A stretch of 59,868 nucleotides of DNA from a virus. Its lineage: Duplodnaviria; Caudoviricetes. Below the pieces are notes generated by a model. It was not told the origin of the DNA. It searched no databases and worked only from the letters and a program-made list of their open reading frames with translations. The translations under genes were made by a program, and so were the position numbers. The stretch spans positions 1 to 59,868 of IMG/VR virus record IMGVR_UViG_3300043811_000165. One strand, given 5' to 3'. Below, in pieces: positions 39,974 through 49,770 of the stretch (position 1 is its first letter; the number at the start of each line of letters is the position of its first letter).

Positions 39974-40209
39974 GGTTTGGCCTCGTTCTGCCTGAGTGAC
40001 CCCTCGGCTTGAGACTTCTCGACAGCGTCCGCCGATCGCGTTCGCTCAGCAATTCTACCACTGTCTTTCGATGCGAGAATCAATTGGTCCAATCGGCTGT
40101 TCAGGGATAAATGAATCTCCCGGATGCTGGATTTATTATGCAGACCGACAATCACGCCCAAAATTCCCGGGACTGCGGCGATGAGCGCAACCTGAACGGC
40201 ATCAGTCAT
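39970..40209 (-). CDS. Small TM protein (cargo)
   Basis: N-terminal TM; ends EAKP with ATGA overlap. Confidence 0.6.
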   Translation of the reverse strand: MTDAVQVALIAAVPGILGVIVGLHNKSSIREIHLSLNSRLDQLILASKDSGRIAERTRSADAVEKSQAEGSLRQNEAKP

Positions 40210-40451
40210 TTTTGGTGGCCCATCAGTTGAATAATATATCCGAAAAGGATGCCGGCGATTGAACCCATACCCCAAACGATCCATTTGAAGTTTTCAAGGG
40301 CCCTGACCCGGCTTTCGATGTCTTCCGCTTTTTCTTTAGCGTCGTCTTTCATTTCCTGAAGGGACCTGATGATCCCGGCCAACTGCCAGCCATGCCTTAG
40401 CAGTTCGTCGCGATCTTCTTTTTTGAAACAGTTCTCATCGTGTTCATTCAT
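40206..40451 (-). CDS. Coiled-coil + C-terminal TM protein (XhlA/holin-like)
   Basis: IESRVRALENFKWIVWG..TM. Confidence 0.6.
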   Translation of the reverse strand: MNEHDENCFKKEDRDELLRHGWQLAGIIRSLQEMKDDAKEKAEDIESRVRALENFKWIVWGMGSIAGILFGYIIQLMGHQK

Positions 40452-40531
40452 TCTGGGCTCACAAAACATCTCCTGGTCGAACGCTCCAGCATGGAAGCGG
40501 AGCCCCGATTCGACTGAGGCTAAAGAATTGT

Positions 40532-41572
40532 CTAACGTCTCGGATAAAACCATCCAAAAACACCAGCATTTATCGTTCCACCGGCGATCGGCGTGAGAGG
40601 CGGAACATTCGCGAACACTTCAATCGTCTGGCCGCTGATCACCCTGGCGATGTAGCGGCCCGGTACCTGAAATGCAGTTTGCAACGATCCATACGTGTTA
40701 TCCACATCACCGAAGTTTTTGGCATACCGGATGCCGTATTTCAGGCGCCAGACGATCTGGTTCGAGAAATCGGTGTATCCGGCGACTCCCGTCGTCGAAG
40801 CGACGAAGCGGTTAATCACGCCATCGTAGCCGGAAGGTACCTGAATCGACAAAATCAGCACGTCGAGACCGGTAAAAACTCCGCTGTCCTGGAAATCGGT
40901 GATCGGCAGCCCGTTCATGGGTCCGAATTCGTAGCCGTTCGAAGGCATCGCGAGGGGCGGATCGGGATCATAAACCGGCGCGCCAAGTTCTGGAATTCTG
41001 CAACACGATTTCAGTCCGCCGTGCTGCGCAACCCACTGCCACTTTTTCGCCCGACCGATCACTTCGAAGTCGTAGCGATTGGGAATCCACTGAGCCGGAG
41101 CAATCAGAGGATTGGACCGCTGAAGCGGCGGCGGCAATAGCGAGTCCGGCAGAATCGGCTGGGGTGACCAGTCGAGCGGAGGGCCAAGCGCGCCTCCTGG
41201 AACGCTGATGACGCTTCCAGGGGGTGGCAGGGCGAGGGGTTGGGTTCCGCCATTCGACCAGTAACGCCGGCCGTCAGAACCTTCGCGCCATCCGGCGGGA
41301 ACTTTGACCACGCTCCCTGGAGGCGTCATCGAACCCGGTAAAACTGTCGGCTGTGTGCCGGGGCCGGTCCATACCAATTGTCCGTTGGGTGAAATCACCC
41401 AACCTGCATTTGAGGATATTCCCGGCCCGGAAGTGATGGGGATGTTAATTGGGGGTGCTTGTGTTCCAGTCCAGTACCAGTTTCCATCCGGAGCCATGAG
41501 CCAGCCGGATGCTTGGGTGGTTACTGCTCCTGGGGGGATGTTCAGGGGTACTAAATCGCCAAAGCCTCTCAT
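40532..41572 (-). CDS. Putative virion protein with Pro-rich repeats and C-terminal beta-barrel
   Basis: Three GW...P.G...W.G repeats; QVPSGYDGVI..GWFYP. Confidence 0.7.
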   Translation of the reverse strand: MRGFGDLVPLNIPPGAVTTQASGWLMAPDGNWYWTGTQAPPINIPITSGPGISSNAGWVISPNGQLVWTGPGTQPTVLPGSMTPPGSVVKVPAGWREGSDGRRYWSNGGTQPLALPPPGSVISVPGGALGPPLDWSPQPILPDSLLPPPLQRSNPLIAPAQWIPNRYDFEVIGRAKKWQWVAQHGGLKSCCRIPELGAPVYDPDPPLAMPSNGYEFGPMNGLPITDFQDSGVFTGLDVLILSIQVPSGYDGVINRFVASTTGVAGYTDFSNQIVWRLKYGIRYAKNFGDVDNTYGSLQTAFQVPGRYIARVISGQTIEVFANVPPLTPIAGGTINAGVFGWFYPRR

Positions 41573-41892
41573 GATTTGGCCTCGTTCTGCATTCCGGCTT
41601 GTTCAAGTGTCGACTTCTCGACAGCGCCCTGTTTAGAAACACCGTCCAGGTAGGGACAACCCACCGAACCGTAGTGGATTCCGCCACAATTAGCACACCG
41701 TCCGGGCTCCTCTACCTTGGGAATGTACTTCATCGGCTGTTGAGCGCGGACAACAGCGATTCCCGTCATGTCGATTTCGCCCGACGAGTTGAAGCAGTGT
41801 CCGTAATCGGCGTCCCGCAACTTGCGGGCGATCTCATCGTACCCGGCGGCGCTGATTTCCAGGGTGACGTAGGTATGGGTGTGGCGGCTCAT
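41569..41892 (-). CDS. Cargo protein, paralog of 42646..43191
   Basis: Shared N-terminus HTHTYVTLEISA.GYDEIARKLRDADYGHCF. Confidence 0.65.
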   Translation of the reverse strand: MSRHTHTYVTLEISAAGYDEIARKLRDADYGHCFNSSGEIDMTGIAVVRAQQPMKYIPKVEEPGRCANCGGIHYGSVGCPYLDGVSKQGAVEKSTLEQAGMQNEAKS

Positions 41893-42157
41893 GTTTTTGG
41901 CTCCACGCGAATTAGACTACTGGCGACATGGTTCGTTGGGATTCCGCCGTTTCCCCAATCGACCACGACGCGAGTGGGTGTGAGATTCACGACTACGCCA
42001 TTTTGACGATTCCTGAAGTATGGATTTTTTCTGACTGGAAGTTTTACTCTGTCTCCTACTGCGAAGTCGCACTGTCGAGCAGTCACAGTTTCACGCGAAG
42101 AACCCGACTCCGACGAGGACAAAACATCGAGATCGATACCGTCCACAAGTCCGATCA

Positions 42158-42649
42158 TTAAGCCGGCTCCCCTCCCCACAGGATAAGCTGAATTTGCCTG
42201 TCACTGCTCGAAGTGGTCGCAATCTCGACATGCAAAAGACCAGGCGAGGGAACGACCAGCAAGCAGGAAAGCAACTGCTGCTGCGACCAGGTCGGCTCCG
42301 CGATCAGTTCCGCCGTCTCCGGCTGCTTCGTGACAAATTCGGAAATCAGCGGAACATCGGTACAGGTTTCGCGGACCTGAAATGAATCCGTGCCTGACGA
42401 ATCGCCGGTGAACGTGTAGCCCCAGATTGCGGAGCCGGGTTTCATATAGACCTGATATTCGTAGGAGTCGAAGGCAGGGATTTGCTGCGACTGCGTGTCG
42501 TTCGGGACACACCAGGATTTGGAGCGGTAGGCTTTCAATCGTCGGAGAGCGTTGTACTGCTCGATGGCCAGTGCGCTGAATTTCAAATTGCACCGCTGCA
42601 AGGTTTTGAGCACGAAGCCGTCGAGGATGGGGTAGGGTAGTGCGCTCAT
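42158..42649 (-). CDS. Putative small capsid-like protein
   Basis: Beta-rich; in the structural operon; ends IQLILWGGEP. Confidence 0.6.
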   Translation of the reverse strand: MSALPYPILDGFVLKTLQRCNLKFSALAIEQYNALRRLKAYRSKSWCVPNDTQSQQIPAFDSYEYQVYMKPGSAIWGYTFTGDSSGTDSFQVRETCTDVPLISEFVTKQPETAELIAEPTWSQQQLLSCLLVVPSPGLLHVEIATTSSSDRQIQLILWGGEPA

Positions 42650-43191
42650 GATTTGGCCTCGCTCTGCACTTCGGCTTGTTCAGGTGTTGACTTCTCGACA
42701 TTGACCGCTGGAGTGAATGAGTGACTCATATCCGAGCCGTCACCGCGATAATGGGCTCGCTCCGTGTATCCGCACGTCGTATTCCCAATCGGATAAACAC
42801 ACACGGGTTGAGGCGTTACCAGCCGCGCGCGCATTCCTTCAATTGCCAGATTGCAGCCGCGACTGTGGCGCGCGCCGATTGAGCACGGCACACAACAGAA
42901 TTCCGCATAGCCTTCTGCTGACGCGGTGCAGGCAAATCGATCACACTTTGGATTTTTGCACGCGTAAAACTCAATGATCTGCGAACCCGGCTTAACCGGT
43001 TCGGCGTATGCCGGGAAGGTTTGCACCGGCGGCGTGGACTCGCGAGCCCGCGTTACTGCAATTCCCGTCATGTCGATTTCGCCCGAAGAATTGAAGCAGT
43101 GTCCGTAATCGGCATCCCGAAGTTTGCGCGCGATCTCATCGTACCCAATGGCGCTGATTTCCAGAGTGACGTACGTGTGCGTGTGCCTCAA
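42646..43191 (-). CDS. Cys-rich cargo protein
   Basis: Paralog of 41569..41892; ends EAKS. Confidence 0.6.
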   Translation of the reverse strand: MRHTHTYVTLEISAIGYDEIARKLRDADYGHCFNSSGEIDMTGIAVTRARESTPPVQTFPAYAEPVKPGSQIIEFYACKNPKCDRFACTASAEGYAEFCCVPCSIGARHSRGCNLAIEGMRARLVTPQPVCVYPIGNTTCGYTERAHYRGDGSDMSHSFTPAVNVEKSTPEQAEVQSEAKS

Positions 43192-43428
43192 TTGCTACCT
43201 CCAACTGCGACTGTCATCATCGACCCATTCGGGCCGTTAACAGACCGCTCGCAGTTAGGCGGACCCGGCTCGCCTGGACGAAGAAGGTTCCCGTGTGGTC
43301 GTAGACCGAGAATCATCTCAACGCGCTTTAGGCGCTCTTCGATTGTCATCTCGTCCATGGTCACAATCCCCTCCTGGTCGAACGGAACCGCGTCCGCGCG
43401 AAGACCGGACTGCGATGAGGCCAAACCA

Positions 43429-43878
43429 TCATTGCGCCCGGCTCGCAATCTTATAAAGTTTGATCCCTTTGAACACAATTTGCAACGGGTTTGTTGCATC
43501 CGACAGATCCGCAATGTCGATCAGGATCTTGGAGCCTGCGGGAAACAGGTGAGCTGGCGAAATCACAGTGGGATCGTTCGAGGATTGCGACAGGGCGCCG
43601 GAGTTGATAAAGCCGCTTTCGAGCTGGTAACCGGTCGAATCGGCAAGCCGGAACTGGAACGAGCCGGTGAACAGCGAAATATACATGCCGAACAGGTAGA
43701 AATCGGCGTCCGTCTGGATCGACACTGTGTCGCCGTCGATTTCCTGAAGGGCCGTTAGTTGGCCGTTGGGCGGGTTGTAGACATAGTCGAAGGGTTTGGG
43801 CTCAGTTGATGCGTTCGGATCGAGCGCGAGGCCCTGGAAGTAGTCTGGTGCGAATTGGTTTATGGGGTATGTGCTCAT
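43429..43878 (-). CDS. Putative small single-jelly-roll-like capsid protein
   Basis: 149 aa beta-rich protein downstream of the candidate major capsid gene. Confidence 0.6.
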   Translation of the reverse strand: MSTYPINQFAPDYFQGLALDPNASTEPKPFDYVYNPPNGQLTALQEIDGDTVSIQTDADFYLFGMYISLFTGSFQFRLADSTGYQLESGFINSGALSQSSNDPTVISPAHLFPAGSKILIDIADLSDATNPLQIVFKGIKLYKIASRAQ

Positions 43879-43935
43879 GGTTTGGCCTCGTTCTGCTCTC
43901 CGTCTTCGTTCAAATCTTCGTTTCTCGACAGCGGC

Positions 43936-44127
43936 CTATTTCACCTTGCGCACCAGCGCCTTGATCTTTCTGAGCGTTGACGCTGCGCTCGCCTTTCGCC
44001 GCGGGTTCTTCCGTTTGGCAGTCTTGCGCCTGGCCGATGCCCGCCGCGTCGTCCGCCGTTTCGAATTCTTTCTCTTTTTCGGCGCGTATTTTTTCCGCCA
44101 CGCCGGTGAGCCGAATTTCAGAGCCAT
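43936..44127 (-). CDS. Highly basic protamine-like protein (possible DNA-condensing core protein)
   Basis: KKYAPKKRKNSKRRTTRRASARRKTAKRKNPRRK; RBS GGAG. Confidence 0.7.
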   Translation of the reverse strand: MALKFGSPAWRKKYAPKKRKNSKRRTTRRASARRKTAKRKNPRRKASAASTLRKIKALVRKVK

Positions 44128-44299
44128 GTTTTTCTCCCCTTCATTCCAAAACCCCTCCTGGTCGAACGCTGAAGTCCACCATCGAAGCGCGAACGCCCGA
44201 TGAGGCCAAATTATGAGCAAGTCCGGAGCAACCGTCGGAGGGGCAATCACCCCGGACTCGACTCAAATCCCCCTGCCCTATGACAAACAGAAGGAAACC

Positions 44300-44336
44300 G
44301 GTGAAGACGTTCCTCCCAGAACTACCGCCTTCACCA
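44300..44336 (-). terminator. Hairpin downstream of the candidate major capsid gene
   Basis: GGTGAAGGCG...CGTCTTCACC stem followed by a T-rich tract on the minus strand. Confidence 0.4.
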
Positions 44337-44342
44337 ATTCGT

Positions 44343-45041
44343 TTACTGCACGCCGCGAGCGAACAGACCGACCAGTTCTACCAGCAGAATCGCGCCGACA
44401 CCCGAAGAACTGAGCACCTGCGACGTGTTCGAACCGGTCAGATAGGCCATGAAGCTCATTTGATTGGCGATCACCAGTTTCACCGACAGCATGTTCATCG
44501 ACTGACGGCCGGGTAGACCGTTGGTGTAGAACGACTCCGCAGTTTTGGTGGTGTAGCCGGAAATCCCCATCCCCGAAGAGAAGTGGCGGATGTTCGCGCG
44601 CTGGTAGTTCTTGTCTCCCAGCCAGAAGTCGAATGCCCACGAATCGAGCAGCGTTTGCAGATCCGAGCGTAAAATACCCTCGGACCAGTTGAACCGGATC
44701 CCGAACACCGAAAAAGCCTTCGGCGCGTCGAGTTTCCCGTTCTGCGTCATGTTGGTCTGGGCAAGCGTCTTGCCCGAACCGTTTTCGACGTTGGTGAACC
44801 ACGAAGCGTTGCCGCCCTGGTTACCGGTGATCGATCCACTCGCAGTGTAGGTCACCGTGTCGTACAGCGGGGTGTCCTCGACGTCGAGCTGATTCGAAAT
44901 GTAAATCTGACCGCGAAAACTATTGATGATGAACTGCTGTTGGGCAGTGATCGCGGCTTGAGCGTTCGCCTGCATGTTCGCGGCGACGTTCTGAATTGCG
45001 GCTTGCGTGGCCTGTTGGGCCATTGCTGCGGATAACGACAT
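44343..45041 (-). CDS. Candidate major capsid protein (jelly-roll type)
   Basis: 232 aa beta-rich protein with PLYDT..F..TNM..G.L pattern; helical N-terminus; hairpin downstream; has a paralog. Confidence 0.6.
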   Translation of the reverse strand: MSLSAAMAQQATQAAIQNVAANMQANAQAAITAQQQFIINSFRGQIYISNQLDVEDTPLYDTVTYTASGSITGNQGGNASWFTNVENGSGKTLAQTNMTQNGKLDAPKAFSVFGIRFNWSEGILRSDLQTLLDSWAFDFWLGDKNYQRANIRHFSSGMGISGYTTKTAESFYTNGLPGRQSMNMLSVKLVIANQMSFMAYLTGSNTSQVLSSSGVGAILLVELVGLFARGVQ

Positions 45042-45093
45042 TTGGTTTCTTCTGATTTCCTTTCTTTTTATTCGGAGTCAGTTGACCCTAAAA

Positions 45094-45759
45094 CTAAGCT
45101 GCGATGGCGTACGGAGCCGGATATGCGCTCGTGACGCCGCCGCCCATCGGACCTCCGGCACTCAGAACAACGGGGGTCTGAGGAACCGGGAACCTGCCGG
45201 GAACGAAGTCCCGAAGACCAGTGAGACCGATGGTCGAACCGACCGAGGGAATCCACTGATTGATTGCGATCTGGCCCGCCGCCATCAGCCCGCCGAATGC
45301 GACGGCCGCGCCAAATTCTTTATCCACGAAACCGCCTGCGTAGCCAGTTGCGAGTGCGATTGCGACCGAAGACGCGACTGCACCGAAAGCGTTGCCGGTG
45401 AGCGTGGCCGGAAGCGCGGTCATCACGAGATTGTTTACCCCGAGTCCGACCAGTCCTCCTGCGACCAGTTCCACCATCTTCATCGGCTTGACGTTGCCGC
45501 CAAGAAATTGCGGGTTGCGGCGGCGCCGGTGACCGCGGATCGGATTGTGCCGGCGATGCGGATTGCGGGCGTGCATTCGACGGACACCGCTGTGTTTACG
45601 GTTCCGAGCAGACGCATGGCGCGGCCTGCTGGCGCGACGTTTGGTATGTGCCATTGACCTTGTTTCTCCTGTGGGATTTAGAAATCCCAGCGTCAGCATG
45701 TGCGCGTTGCGCTGGGTTCGACGAGGATTTGCCATTCTGGTCACTTTCGTGATCATCAT
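45094..45759 (-). CDS. Basic N-terminus (R..NP repeats) + multi-TM protein; putative internal membrane/core protein
   Basis: RMANP, HARNP, RRHNP, RRRNP followed by three hydrophobic segments. Confidence 0.7.
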   Translation of the reverse strand: MMITKVTRMANPRRTQRNAHMLTLGFLNPTGETRSMAHTKRRASRPRHASARNRKHSGVRRMHARNPHRRHNPIRGHRRRRNPQFLGGNVKPMKMVELVAGGLVGLGVNNLVMTALPATLTGNAFGAVASSVAIALATGYAGGFVDKEFGAAVAFGGLMAAGQIAINQWIPSVGSTIGLTGLRDFVPGRFPVPQTPVVLSAGGPMGGGVTSAYPAPYAIAA

Positions 45760-45917
45760 GGTTTGGTTCCTCGACTGTTGGCCAGAGAGCGGACGGGACT
45801 CGTTAGTCTTTGTACACTCTGCGGATTGCGAACTGGTTTTGACATGTTTTTGACCTCCGCGTCAGCTTCCCGGACGAAACGACTTGTGATCGCCCGACCA
45901 GGAGAGGCTCTCGATCA

Positions 45918-46262
45918 TCACCGGACCATCGAATGGGGACGCTCCAGCACGACGGTGAGCGTGCCGCCCGTTCCTGCACCTGCAACCTTGGTGGCTGTGA
46001 CCGACACCGAATTTGTCAGAGCCCAGGTCAGCACTGGTGCGCCGGCCGTTCCGACGGTGTTTAAATACACCTTGATCGTCGGAAACAGAAAAGTCGTATC
46101 GCTCAACGGAGATTGCCAGTTGTGTGTGACGACTGCGGTGGTGTCGGCGTCAACGAAACCGATCTGCGCTGTGACCATGTTGTCCCCGTTGGGACCGGTT
46201 TGCACCACTGTCGGCGGAACGGTTCCCGTTGCTGGATATGCGTAAGTTACGGTACCTGCCAT
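45918..46262 (-). CDS. Putative small structural protein
   Basis: Thr/Val-rich beta protein; RBS GGAG. Confidence 0.7.
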   Translation of the reverse strand: MAGTVTYAYPATGTVPPTVVQTGPNGDNMVTAQIGFVDADTTAVVTHNWQSPLSDTTFLFPTIKVYLNTVGTAGAPVLTWALTNSVSVTATKVAGAGTGGTLTVVLERPHSMVR

Positions 46263-46264
46263 TG

Positions 46265-47602
46265 TTATTCTCCCTTCAAAATGCCGGCCGTGGCCGGGAC
46301 TGCGTTGATATTGGCATCTCGCAATTTGAGATGCGGAACTTTCACGCGCGGATCGACGACCATGGTTTTACCGGCGTCCTTTGTGCGGCGTGAAAAAGCG
46401 ATGTCTTCCGATTCGAATCCATACGGATTCGCTGGATTAAGAATCGGTACAAATGGCTGTTCGATATCGGCCAGCGCGGACCGGCGCATCAGCACCAGCG
46501 GGAATCCGGTCCAGTCGATTTTCATCAGAACGTTCTGCTCAGCGAGCACTTCGAGAGGAATCGAGACATTGACAGGATCGCCGAAATAACCCACAGACGA
46601 TTTAGTTACGGGACTGATGTGTTCATCGGACTGGCAGTGGCACCAGCCGCAGGCGATGTCGATGTTCTGGTAGGTGTCTAGATCACCGATCAGGTTTTTC
46701 ACATGCTCGATTTCGATAAGATTGTCGTCATCGATCCAGAGCACGTAATCAACGTGATCTTCCTTGAGCACTTGTAGGGTCATCACGGCTCGCGTAACGT
46801 AGACGTTCGAGCAATACGCCATGAAGGGCACCACGTTATAGCGGGCTTCGAGCCAACTGATCAGACCGCAAATATGGGCTACCCAGCTCGAGCAGAAACG
46901 TTCGCCGGGCATACACACCGCAATCGTTTTGCGGGCTTTCGGTTCGGCGAAGTTGTTGCCCTTGCGGGAAGCGAAGATCTGTTCTCCTACTTGATAGGCT
47001 TCCGCGCGATTTTGCGCCTCGTAAACTTTGTCGCTCTCGATCGATCTGTCGCCGAACGGGTGCCGGTGTGGAAAAAGTAGATGTCGGCCATCCGCAATTT
47101 GTTTTTCAGTATCTGCGGCCTCGAAAAAATCGTTGTCGGCATACATTGATTCGTACGCCGGATAGAAAACGTGTCCCAATCGGTCGTATCGCGACCTGGT
47201 GAGCACTGGCATCACCATTATTCGCCGGTCATGCTCCGATGGCGTGCCAGTTGAAACTTCCACCACTTCTTTCCCTGAATCGGAAACAACTTCGGCAATT
47301 TGGAAATCCCAGTTCTCGCAAGGAAACTGATCATCCGCAGCAACGATCAGAACGTCACCCGTTGCATATTGTGCGCCGATATTCACTGCGTCCACGTAGC
47401 ACCGGCGTCCGGTGTTCCAGACGGCCCGGAAACCTCGTGTCGCTGGAAACTCTGGTAACTCATCGAAGCCCCACCGTCTATCGACGATCAGAATGTACTC
47501 GACGGATGCGAAATCGTTCGCGGCACCGCGCCACGCGTCGTAGATAGCCTGCCATTTATCCGGCCGGGCCGACGGGTGAATGATAGAGAACATTGGTTTC
47601 AT
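46265..47602 (-). CDS. Two-domain GT2-like glycosyltransferase
   Basis: AADD and WIDDD DxD motifs, YADND, SEDIAF..VDPRVKVPH. Confidence 0.8.
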   Translation of the reverse strand: MKPMFSIIHPSARPDKWQAIYDAWRGAANDFASVEYILIVDRRWGFDELPEFPATRGFRAVWNTGRRCYVDAVNIGAQYATGDVLIVAADDQFPCENWDFQIAEVVSDSGKEVVEVSTGTPSEHDRRIMVMPVLTRSRYDRLGHVFYPAYESMYADNDFFEAADTEKQIADGRHLLFPHRHPFGDRSIESDKVYEAQNRAEAYQVGEQIFASRKGNNFAEPKARKTIAVCMPGERFCSSWVAHICGLISWLEARYNVVPFMAYCSNVYVTRAVMTLQVLKEDHVDYVLWIDDDNLIEIEHVKNLIGDLDTYQNIDIACGWCHCQSDEHISPVTKSSVGYFGDPVNVSIPLEVLAEQNVLMKIDWTGFPLVLMRRSALADIEQPFVPILNPANPYGFESEDIAFSRRTKDAGKTMVVDPRVKVPHLKLRDANINAVPATAGILKGE

Positions 47603-47853
47603 TTGCTATTCAACCCTCCGACCACTTTCCCCGCCATAAATCCCGTTGCAAACTCGGCAACCGCTCCGATCTTTTCATTCGTGGGCTTTTCCCGCCAAAC
47701 TTCGTACATCACAAACGCAATCGCCGCCGCCGCCTGCACCCACGGATCGGTCATATAAACGGACACGCCGAAACCCAATGCCGCGTGGCCCCATGCGCAG
47801 GAATTCGGCGGGAAGTACGGCACGGATTTCGCGTATTCGAGAAGTTCGTTCAC
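47599..47853 (-). CDS. Small membrane protein
   Basis: Hydrophobic; ATGA overlap. Confidence 0.65.
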   Translation of the reverse strand: MNELLEYAKSVPYFPPNSCAWGHAALGFGVSVYMTDPWVQAAAAIAFVMYEVWREKPTNEKIGAVAEFATGFMAGKVVGGLNSK

Positions 47854-48603
47854 TCAACCACCAATCCCCGGACTTGCGCCCAAATCCGCCCTCTTGGGCA
47901 ACACCTTGTACCGTCCTCCATATAGCGCCATCGACGGATCACGCGGCTTGTAGACCAGCATCGGAACGACGCCTCCCGCGTGTTCATGGCCCAGCGGATG
48001 ATAGAAGTCGACCAGTTCTTTGCCGTCCTTCTCGAACTTCTTTTTCGTCCGGTATGTCAGCTCAAGCACGGCGCCGATAATCATGTGCTCCCTGAAATCG
48101 TCTGCCTTGAAACCGTAGTTCTCAAGCAGCCGCCGTGGGATTTCCTGATCGCCGCCGCGGAAGTACATTTGGTTTCCGGCTTCGTTGAACGCGACGTAGA
48201 CCACATCGGATTTCTTCGCGCGATCCGGATCCGGAGCTTCGAGGTTGAATCGCTTGCCGCGCTCCGTCTGAATCACCATCGACGTGAGTGTTCCAGCGGT
48301 CCAAAGATTCGTGTGTACGTGGACCCGTTCGACTATTTCGAGCACTTCGTTCGGCGGCATCCCGTGGAACATTTCGTACATTGCAGCCGCTTCGCCCGCA
48401 GGGTTCTTGCTAAACAATTTTTTGAGCGCGTTGGTTGCTTTGCGCCCGGCTGCGGAGTGCGCAAGAGCAGCAGTGACCATGCCGGTACCTGGATTGCGTG
48501 TTCCAGCCGCAGTGCAGATGGCGTAGGCGGAACGGGCTGATTTGCTCTTCTTCACTTGTTTTACGCAACGCTCGAATTTGGCGGGGTTCTTTTTTGGCCT
48601 CAT
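47854..48603 (-). CDS. Hypothetical protein with (K/R)NP repeats; start codon provided by a repeat
   Basis: ATGAGGCCAAAA = MRPK; KKNP, TRNP, SKNP. Confidence 0.65.
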   Translation of the reverse strand: MRPKKNPAKFERCVKQVKKSKSARSAYAICTAAGTRNPGTGMVTAALAHSAAGRKATNALKKLFSKNPAGEAAAMYEMFHGMPPNEVLEIVERVHVHTNLWTAGTLTSMVIQTERGKRFNLEAPDPDRAKKSDVVYVAFNEAGNQMYFRGGDQEIPRRLLENYGFKADDFREHMIIGAVLELTYRTKKKFEKDGKELVDFYHPLGHEHAGGVVPMLVYKPRDPSMALYGGRYKVLPKRADLGASPGIGG

Positions 48604-48965
48604 CGGGCAACCTCCTTCGTAGAGGTTTTGGACCGTTCGACATTCGGAGTGAAGAATAACCAGAACACGAAATTCATTACTGCGACTTTCAGCTTTAGGA
48701 ATCGTCCTCGATTGAGATAGGCCGACATTATTCCGCAGCCATACCTGCACACTTCGCGGAAACATGGTTTGCAGATGGTTTCTGAAGTCTGGGATTCGAC
48801 CACATCGGGATTCATCCGTCGCGAAAACTCGATATCGATTTCGTCCAGATATTCTGAGCCGCCACAATAGGCGCACTTCTTCCAGCCAGGCTGGAGCGGC
48901 GAATGTCGAGCGTCCACTGGTCGCGATTCCGGGATGTGCGGCGAGGCCGACATAAAAAAGAATCC

Positions 48966-49424
48966 CTACCTGCGGCCCTTCTTTCCAAATAGCAACCACA
49001 GAGCCGCAGCGCTGCCGCCGATCACCAGCCAATCCTCACCGGTGATCGAAGAAATGGAGCCCGTCGAAATCGCAGTCTGAACATCGGTGAAAGCCGTAGT
49101 GAACGGAGCCGTGATCGACGTGAGGGACAACTGCCCCATTCCGCCGCCGCACTTCCCGCCGCATCCGCACGAATCGCCGCATCCCAATCCCGACATCCCC
49201 GCGCCATTCCACGCGGCCATCACCGAATTGTTGGGGATCACCATGCCCGTGGGCGAACTGGGCACGAGGGAGTTCATCCCCGCCGTCGTCACCACCGGAA
49301 CCTGAGGCACAGGATATTTTCCGGCAACAAAATCCCGGAGTCCGTTTAAGGAAACCGGGGTTTGCGGAACCGGCCACGATCCCGGCACGAAGTCGCGCAA
49401 AGCGTTCATTCCGATTAGGCTCAT
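48966..49424 (-). CDS. Putative virion membrane protein
   Basis: LRDFV.G..PVPQ.PV x2; C-terminal TM + KKGRR. Confidence 0.7.
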   Translation of the reverse strand: MSLIGMNALRDFVPGSWPVPQTPVSLNGLRDFVAGKYPVPQVPVVTTAGMNSLVPSSPTGMVIPNNSVMAAWNGAGMSGLGCGDSCGCGGKCGGGMGQLSLTSITAPFTTAFTDVQTAISTGSISSITGEDWLVIGGSAAALWLLFGKKGRR

Positions 49425-49434
49425 AAAATTCCTT

Positions 49435-49770
49435 TCATTGCGTTGCACTCTGACCTTGCATGGCCTCGTACGCCACATAACCCACGGCCGCGAGCGCGCC
49501 GACTGCGACCACCGTCCCGAGTTTGCTCGTTCCGCCGACTGCCGCTTTAGAGATCTTGCGCCGCGCGCGTTTCGTTTTCTTACCGACGCGCGAGCCGGCT
49601 GTTTTCAAATCGAAAAACAGCGAAATCGCCACGTAGGAAATCCCAATCACCGCCGCCCACTCGCCCACACCCCAACTGGAGATGTCGCTTGACAGCGAAA
49701 CTTGGCCCAGATCGCCCATACCGATGAGCGGCGCGGATTGGAACGGCGTGATGAGTTGCGCGTCGATCAT
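49435..49770 (-). CDS. Putative virion membrane protein (2 TM)
   Basis: ATGA overlap; two TMs with a basic loop. Confidence 0.65.
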   Translation of the reverse strand: MIDAQLITPFQSAPLIGMGDLGQVSLSSDISSWGVGEWAAVIGISYVAISLFFDLKTAGSRVGKKTKRARRKISKAAVGGTSKLGTVVAVGALAAVGYVAYEAMQGQSATQ

